Shown here in pieces: positions 56,641 through 64,000 of a DNA stretch of 64,000 bases. The notes under the pieces were generated by a model. That model saw only the letters and a list, made by a program, of their open reading frames with translations. It was not told the DNA's origin and ran no database searches. Both the position numbers and the translations under genes were made by a program. The stretch's first letter is position 1. Every line of letters begins with the position of its first letter. The DNA lies in assembly GCA_951406725.2 (NCBI GenBank), contig OX597824.1:80476001-80540000 (forward strand), read 5' to 3'. The stretch is from Octopus vulgaris. Lineage: Eukaryota.

Positions 56641-57457
56641 AACATACACATATGTTTATATATATATACATACATACATACATACATACACACATGCATA
56701 CATACATACACGCTCGTATACAGACTGTGAGGTACACACACATACACACAAACACACACTCACACACACAGATACATGAACATACACACACACACACACA
56801 TACACACACACAAGCACACACATGTAGCCGCATGCAGGCGATTAAAAGGACAATGACAGCACCAGAATGGCAATATCGTCTTACAAACACACACACACGC
56901 CCATAAGTAGACACACACATGCAGATACGTGCATACGCACACACACAAGCACGGGCATACATACCCACACATCTAAGAACAAACACCCAGAATTACAGAT
57001 CACTCATTCGGTATATACTCACACATCTATATATATATATATATATATCTATAGGCATACATACATACATACATACATATATATACATACATACATGCAT
57101 ACATACATGCATACATACAAACACATACATACACACATACATACTTCTACACACGCATGCATACATACATACACAGATATACATACATGCATACATGCAT
57201 ACATACATATACACAAATGCATACATACACAAAATCATAAATATATACATAAACACGTAAATACATGCATACATACATAGGCACACATTTGTATATCTAG
57301 ATACACACATGCACACACATACATGCACATACGCACATACACACACACACGCATACACAACCATCAACAGAACAACGTTCAGACTGCGTATACATGTGTG
57401 CGCGTATGCGTGCTTATGTACATATACATACGCACATACATAAACATACAGAGACAG

Positions 57458-57488
<31 letters not shown>

Positions 57489-57731
57489 TACACACACACA
57501 CACCACACCAGTACAATACACACCCACACCCACACCACACACACACACAAAACACACCAGCAGGTTTTTAATGGCCAATCTCTCTGCTGACAGCCTCTTT
57601 CTATTAACTCCCCTTTACACGCTCTTCTGTTTAAACGCTTCATCCTTTTACCTTAAGCCATTCGAAGAGACCGATAATTTACACTCCACTTTTCAGTTTT
57701 TTTCCTCCGTTATTCTATTATTATTATTATC

Positions 57732-57809
<78 letters not shown>

Positions 57810-57927
57810 CATCATCATTATTATCATTCTTCTTCTTCTTTTTATTATTGTTATTATTATTATTATTATTATTATCACCATTATCATTATTATCATTATT
57901 ATTATTATCATTATTATTGTCATTATT

Positions 57928-57983
<56 letters not shown>

Positions 57984-58176
57984 CATCACTATCATTATTA
58001 TCATTTTTATTATTATTATTATTATTATTATCATTACTATCATTATTTATTATTCATCATCATTATCATTATCATCATCATCGTCGTCGTAGTCATCATC
58101 ATCATCATTGTTATTGTCATTTTCGTATTTCGTTTGTGTTCCACCACCACCACCACCACCACCACCACCACCACCA

Positions 58177-58258
<82 letters not shown>

Positions 58259-58936
58259 GCAGCAGCTAGCCACTACCGCCTTATTACCCTCGCACCCTTC
58301 CTCCTTCCATAACATTCACACCATTCATTGCCATCATCAGTTTCCCCTTTTCCTTACGGCTTGATCGCTTGCCTTTCTCTGTTGTAGTAAGTAGAGTGGT
58401 CCTTCTCTTTGCATCTGCGACCCCTTGCCCATGTCATAATGTCTCGTCTCGTCTTGTTTTCTCTCGTCTTGTCTTGTCTGCCACATCCTGCAATCGCTTC
58501 GAAACCCTTTATTTCCCCGTCCGTCCCTCACCACAATCTTTTTTTTTCCCTTTTTACACACACCACGCCATTATCATAAGCTTATATCCGCCAAAAATCT
58601 CCTTCGGCTGTCTCTAGCGTCGCTACGACTTTCTCTCGTGTTTCACCAGACTCCGTTCATCAAGCTATAACGTCCGTACATACATACGCGTTCGTTTCAT
58701 TTCGTTCCGTTCCGTTCCGTTACGTTACCGATCTTTCTTCGTCACCTTTTGGTGTTGTTGTTGTTGTTACTGTTGTTGTTGTTGTAGTTATTGTAGTCGT
58801 TCTTTGTTTTCCTGTTTTTCATCGTCTTCACCTTTATTATAATTGTATCTGTTTTGTTTGATTTTTAAAAATTTATTTTACATTTCTTTGTTTTTTTATT
58901 TTTAATCTCTGGTTTATCGTAATCCCCTTCGTCCAC

Positions 58937-58967
<31 letters not shown>

Positions 58968-59162
58968 CTGTCGTCAACATCATCATCGCCACCGCCACCA
59001 CCACCACCACCACCATCATCATCATTTTCATCATAATCATCAACGTCGTCATTTTCGTCATTGCCTTCATCATCGTCATAATCGACGTCATCATCATCAT
59101 CATTAATATCATCATCATCATCATCGTCGTCGTCATCATCATAATCATCATCGTCTTCGTCG

Positions 59163-59193
<31 letters not shown>

Positions 59194-59334
59194 CATCATC
59201 ATCAATATCATCATCATCATCATCGTCGTCGTAGTCATCATCATCATCATCATCGTTATTTCCGCTCCTCGTTTTCGTGTTTTCGTTTTGTTAGACTATA
59301 CGAATCTTTCCTATCACAACGAATAAACGAAACA

Positions 59335-59427
<93 letters not shown>

Positions 59428-59810
59428 TCACACACACACACACACACACACACTCACTCACACACACACACACATACACACACACACACACACACACATA
59501 CACTCACACACACATACACACACGCGCGCAAACACACACACACAGAGGCGTTCACTATACTGACAGAGGGAAAAAAACGGGGAAAAAAAACATTCATAAA
59601 AGAACATGAAAAGAGACCGACAACAAAAATGGCAACATTCAGGAGTATAATTGTTGTTTACACGTCAGCTGTAACATCAAAAAAAAAAACAGAGAGGACA
59701 ATAACAACAACCACAACAACAAAACTTCTTCCTCCCTAACAGTCCAACAAAACAAAACGGAGCAAAGATCAGCAAAAACAACAGCAATAACAACAACAAC
59801 AAGAACAACA

Positions 59811-59873
<63 letters not shown>

Positions 59874-59880
59874 GCTGCTG

Positions 59881-59912
<32 letters not shown>

Positions 59913-59915
59913 ACA

Positions 59916-59966
<51 letters not shown>

Positions 59967-60421
59967 GCTGCTGCTGCTGCTGCTACAACTACTACTACTA
60001 CTACTACTACTACTGCTGCTGCTACTACTACTACTACTGCTGCTGCTATTACTACTTCTACTACTACTACTAATTCTACTACTACTACTACTACTACTAC
60101 TGCTGCTGCTACTACTACTACTACTACTACTACTACTAACTAGCGAGTTAACTAACCATGACAATGACGAAAACAAGACCAGACCAACGAGAAGGAACAA
60201 AGGACGATAACTCCGTCACTACCACCACCACCAGCTCCACCACCGCCACCGCCACCAATGCTACTAGTACTAGCGCTGTCACCACCATCACCACCTCCAT
60301 CGCCACCATCATTGCAACAACAACAACAACTACTACTACGACCACCACCACTGCCACGACCAATGCTACTACTACTAGCGCTGTCACCACCATTACCGCC
60401 ACCATCGCCAACATCAATGCA

Positions 60422-60461
<40 letters not shown>

Positions 60462-60580
60462 AAGCCAAACTAACAAGACAAAGCAATAGGAGAACCATGA
60501 CCAATAATTGCGACATCTAACATCTACACCGGTTATCAACTATTACGGCCATAACAACTATTACGACTGCAACAACAACA

Positions 60581-60650
<70 letters not shown>

Positions 60651-60856
60651 TTACTACTACAATGCTTGTTAGGACAGCGGCTCCATACATTTATAAGCGT
60701 CATAACAGCGACTGTTTCATCAACTTAGTGGCTACTTCATCAACAGAGAGAGCAAAAATCTCAAATTTTTAGCAGCAATTGCCATGACAACTAATACAAC
60801 ATTGATGGTTCTGAGTTTTTCTTGCTGAACGAGCTGTCCAAATAATTTGTTTATAA

Positions 60857-61145
60857 CAGTTAGTCCCCAAGCTTTTGCAGCCTGCCGCCCACTTGGTTCT
60901 GAGGCCACGTTCCTGGCATCCTTTCACCCAACTCCTCACCAAATGTATACCACTTTCTGCAGCAATTTAAAAAAACGGCAGTATTTCAGAAATAAAACTT
61001 AATCTAATTAACTCAGTATATTGCTGTTTTTAATATCTATCGCCCACTTTTGGTCACCCCTTTATCACCCCCACTGTTCTTTAAAACCCCCTGGATCTTT
61101 CCACTGCTCCCTGAGGGGCAGTACTACCCACTTTGGGAACCACTG
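60857..61145. mobile_element. hAT-type MITE
   Basis: CAGT..CCCAA / TTGGGAACCACTG termini with a perfect 8-bp TSD GTTTATAA. Confidence 0.85.
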
Positions 61146-61573
61146 GTTTATAATAATCACATCACATGTATGTGCTATGCATTTGTCATTTCCTCCATCA
61201 AATCGACGTCTCTTGAACAGGCGCATGGTGTACCTCGTCAGCTGTCGAAGTGATCGCAATGCAACGTGAGATGAAGTGCTTTGCTCAAGAGCACAATATA
61301 CCACACGGCCCAAGATTTCAAACCACGATCTCGTGATCCTGTGTCAATACCCTAACCATTAGGTCATATGCTCTCATAGTACAACAGTAATTAGTAAGTT
61401 GACAGCAACAACGACAACAACATCAACAGCATCGGCAAATTACAGAAGCTATTGGCAAATGAAAGTGCTTCTATGTGGTTGCTCGGTTAGATAGAAATAG
61501 AACCCAAATTCGCTTCAAATAACATATTTCTGTCTTACGATAGCTCAGACTTGGTTAATATACTACTGAACAT

Positions 61574-61721
61574 AAGGTTCTGAGTTCAAATTCTGCCGGG
61601 GTCGACTTTGAATCTCATCATTCTGAAGTCGATAAAATAAGTACCAGTTGAACACTGGGGTCAATTTAATCAACTTATCACCCTTCCCAAAACTGCTGGT
61701 CTTATGCAAAAATTCGAAAGC
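61574..61721 (+). mobile_element. 5'-truncated SINE A
   Basis: 17-bp TSD AATATACTACTGAACAT at 61557-61573 and 61722-61738. Confidence 0.85.
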
Positions 61722-62585
61722 AATATACTACTGAACATGCAGGAAGGTAAAATGCGATGGGCATGGCTGGAACGCCTTGGTTATAGGTTTGTTATGAACA
61801 AGGATGATCTAGGGCTGAGCACCCCAACAGCAACAACAACAACAACACAAGTAACAATGACAATTACCAAAGTACCGACAATGACAGCCACTACAACAAC
61901 AAATGCAAATCAATATACTACTGAACATGCAGGAAGGTAAAATGCGATGGGCATGGCTGGAACGGCTTGGTTATAGGTTTGTTATGAACAAGGATGATCT
62001 AGGGCTGAGCACCCCAACAACAACAACAACAACAACAACACAAGTAACAATGACAATTACCAAAGTACCGACAATGACAGCCACTACAACAACAAATGCA
62101 AAACAATATACTACTGAACATGCAGGAAGGTAAAATGCGATGGGCATGGCTGGAACGCCTTGGTTATAGGTTTGTTATGAACAAGGATGATCTAGGGCTG
62201 AGCACCCCAACAACAACAACAACAACAACAACACAAGTAACAATGACAATTACTAAAGCACCGACAATGACAGCCACTACAACAACAAATGCAAAACAAT
62301 ATACTACTGAACATGCAGGAAGGTAAAATGCGATGGGCATGGCTGGAACGCCTTGGTTATAGGTTTGTTATGAACAAGGATGATCTAGGGCTGAGCACCC
62401 CGACAACAACAACAACACAAATAACAATGACAATTACTAAAGCACCGACAATGACAGCCACTACAACAACAAATGCAAAACAATATACTACTGAACATGC
62501 AGGAAGGTAAAATGCGATGGGCATGGCTGGAACGGCTTGGTTATAGGTTTGTTATGAACAAGGATGATCTAGGGCTGAGCACCCC

Positions 62586-62616
<31 letters not shown>

Positions 62617-62865
62617 CAAGTAACAATGACAATTACCAAAGCACCGACAATGACAGCCACTACAACAACAAATGCAAATCAATATACTACTGAACATGCA
62701 GGAAGGTAAAATGCGATGGGCATGGCTGGAACGGCTTGGTTATAGGTTTGTTATGAACAAGGATGATCTAGGGCTGAGCACCCCAACAACAACAATAACA
62801 CAAATAACAATGACAATTACTAAAGCACCGACAATGACAGCCACTACAACAACAAATGCAAAACA
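61721..62865. repeat. Tandem array of six ~184-199 bp units
   Basis: Units start at 61721, 61911, 62104, 62297, 62481 and 62680. They are near-identical, differing mainly in internal (CAA)n length. Confidence 0.95.
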
Positions 62866-63722
62866 GACCCTTCTTTCAAAATGAAAAGTCGAGGGTGACA
62901 TATAATGTAATTGCTTTAATGAATAAATAGTAAAAGAAAAAAAGACCCTAAAAAGACACCGCAATGATAGAGGAACTGAAATAATTCTATCGCGTTAACA
63001 ATGGCAGTCTAGCTTCAACATCAGCAACAACAATAAAGACATGTTACAACTGTAAACAGCTACAAGAACAACGACAGCGATTGCGATTTAACGACAAAAT
63101 CAGCCAACGATAACAACTTCGACGGACGACTATCACGACGATTAATCGGAACTAACTACAGCACCAATAACAAGATAATAAAAACCGACGGTAGAAAAAA
63201 CTGAGACGGACAGTGTTAGAAAAAAAAAAATAAAAAAATAAAAAAATGTATATATATATACATAATAATGATAATAAACAGGGAAAAAAGAGAAGATGCG
63301 AGTAAGGAAGTCGACAGTGAAGAAATAACAGAGCGGAGTTACAACAATAACATGAATAACAAATGGTTAGGAAAAAAAAAAAAAAAAAACACAAGCTAAC
63401 TCCAACAGTAAGACAATGATGAAAAGCAAAAAAACAAAAAACAAAAAAAACAAAGAAAAAACACAGAAGAGTAAAAAAAAAAATAAAAGAAAAAAAACTG
63501 TGATGATTAGTAATAACAATAATAAAGTCCTCAGAAGTGACAATGCCAATGACAACAACAACAACGACAACAATTAAATATAACAACTTGAAATGTGTAT
63601 AAATTGGAAACAATAATAAAAAAAAATAATGTTCTAGATATGGAAAAACATTCGCACAATAAACGCGACCAAAATAGACATTATAGTCAAGTGTAATAAT
63701 AATGATAATGATGATGATGATG

Positions 63723-63781
<59 letters not shown>

Positions 63782-63872
63782 TAGCAATAATACAAGCAAT
63801 AATACTAGCAATAATAGTAGTAGTAATAATAATAACAACGATAATAACAACAACAACAACAACAACAACAAC

Positions 63873-63914
<42 letters not shown>

Positions 63915-64000
63915 TAGCAATAATACAAGCAATAATACTAGCAATAATAGTAGTAGTAATAATAATAATAACGATAATAACAACAACAACAACAACAATA

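Noticed and set aside
58630-58680. Plus-strand micro-exon after TTTCACCAG (also the acceptor-like site at about 10896)
   Set aside because: Donor sites are weak and there is no consistent plus-strand exon chain.
61704-62884. Six repeated ORFs, or a CRISPR-like or retrozyme array
   Set aside because: Unit lengths are 1 mod 3, so the frame shifts in every unit. There are no unique spacers, no cas genes and no hammerhead core in the unit.

Overview
AT-rich, microsatellite-saturated animal genomic DNA. The SINE families and repeat landscape look like an octopus (coleoid cephalopod) genome; this is inferred from recalled repeat sequences, not from a search. No intact protein-coding gene is visible, and nearly all listed ORFs are simple-repeat or SINE artefacts. 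Supported content: four tRNA-derived SINE families (labelled A-D here, several with target-site duplications and nesting), a dead Gypsy pol fragment, a CR1-type LINE end, an RTE-derived element, three restriction-like-endonuclease (R4/Dong-type) retrotransposon ends, mariner and hAT remnants, hairpins and inverted duplications, and a 6-unit ~190 bp tandem array. Four candidate minus-strand exons may be the 3' end of a long-intron gene. The most notable signals are (1) hammerhead ribozymes in short (TA)n-associated elements, including one fully canonical copy at 53961-54005 that heads a ~220 nt chain of hairpins, and (2) retroelements that appear to partition microsatellites as targets: (TAA)n, (CATA)n and (TA)n.
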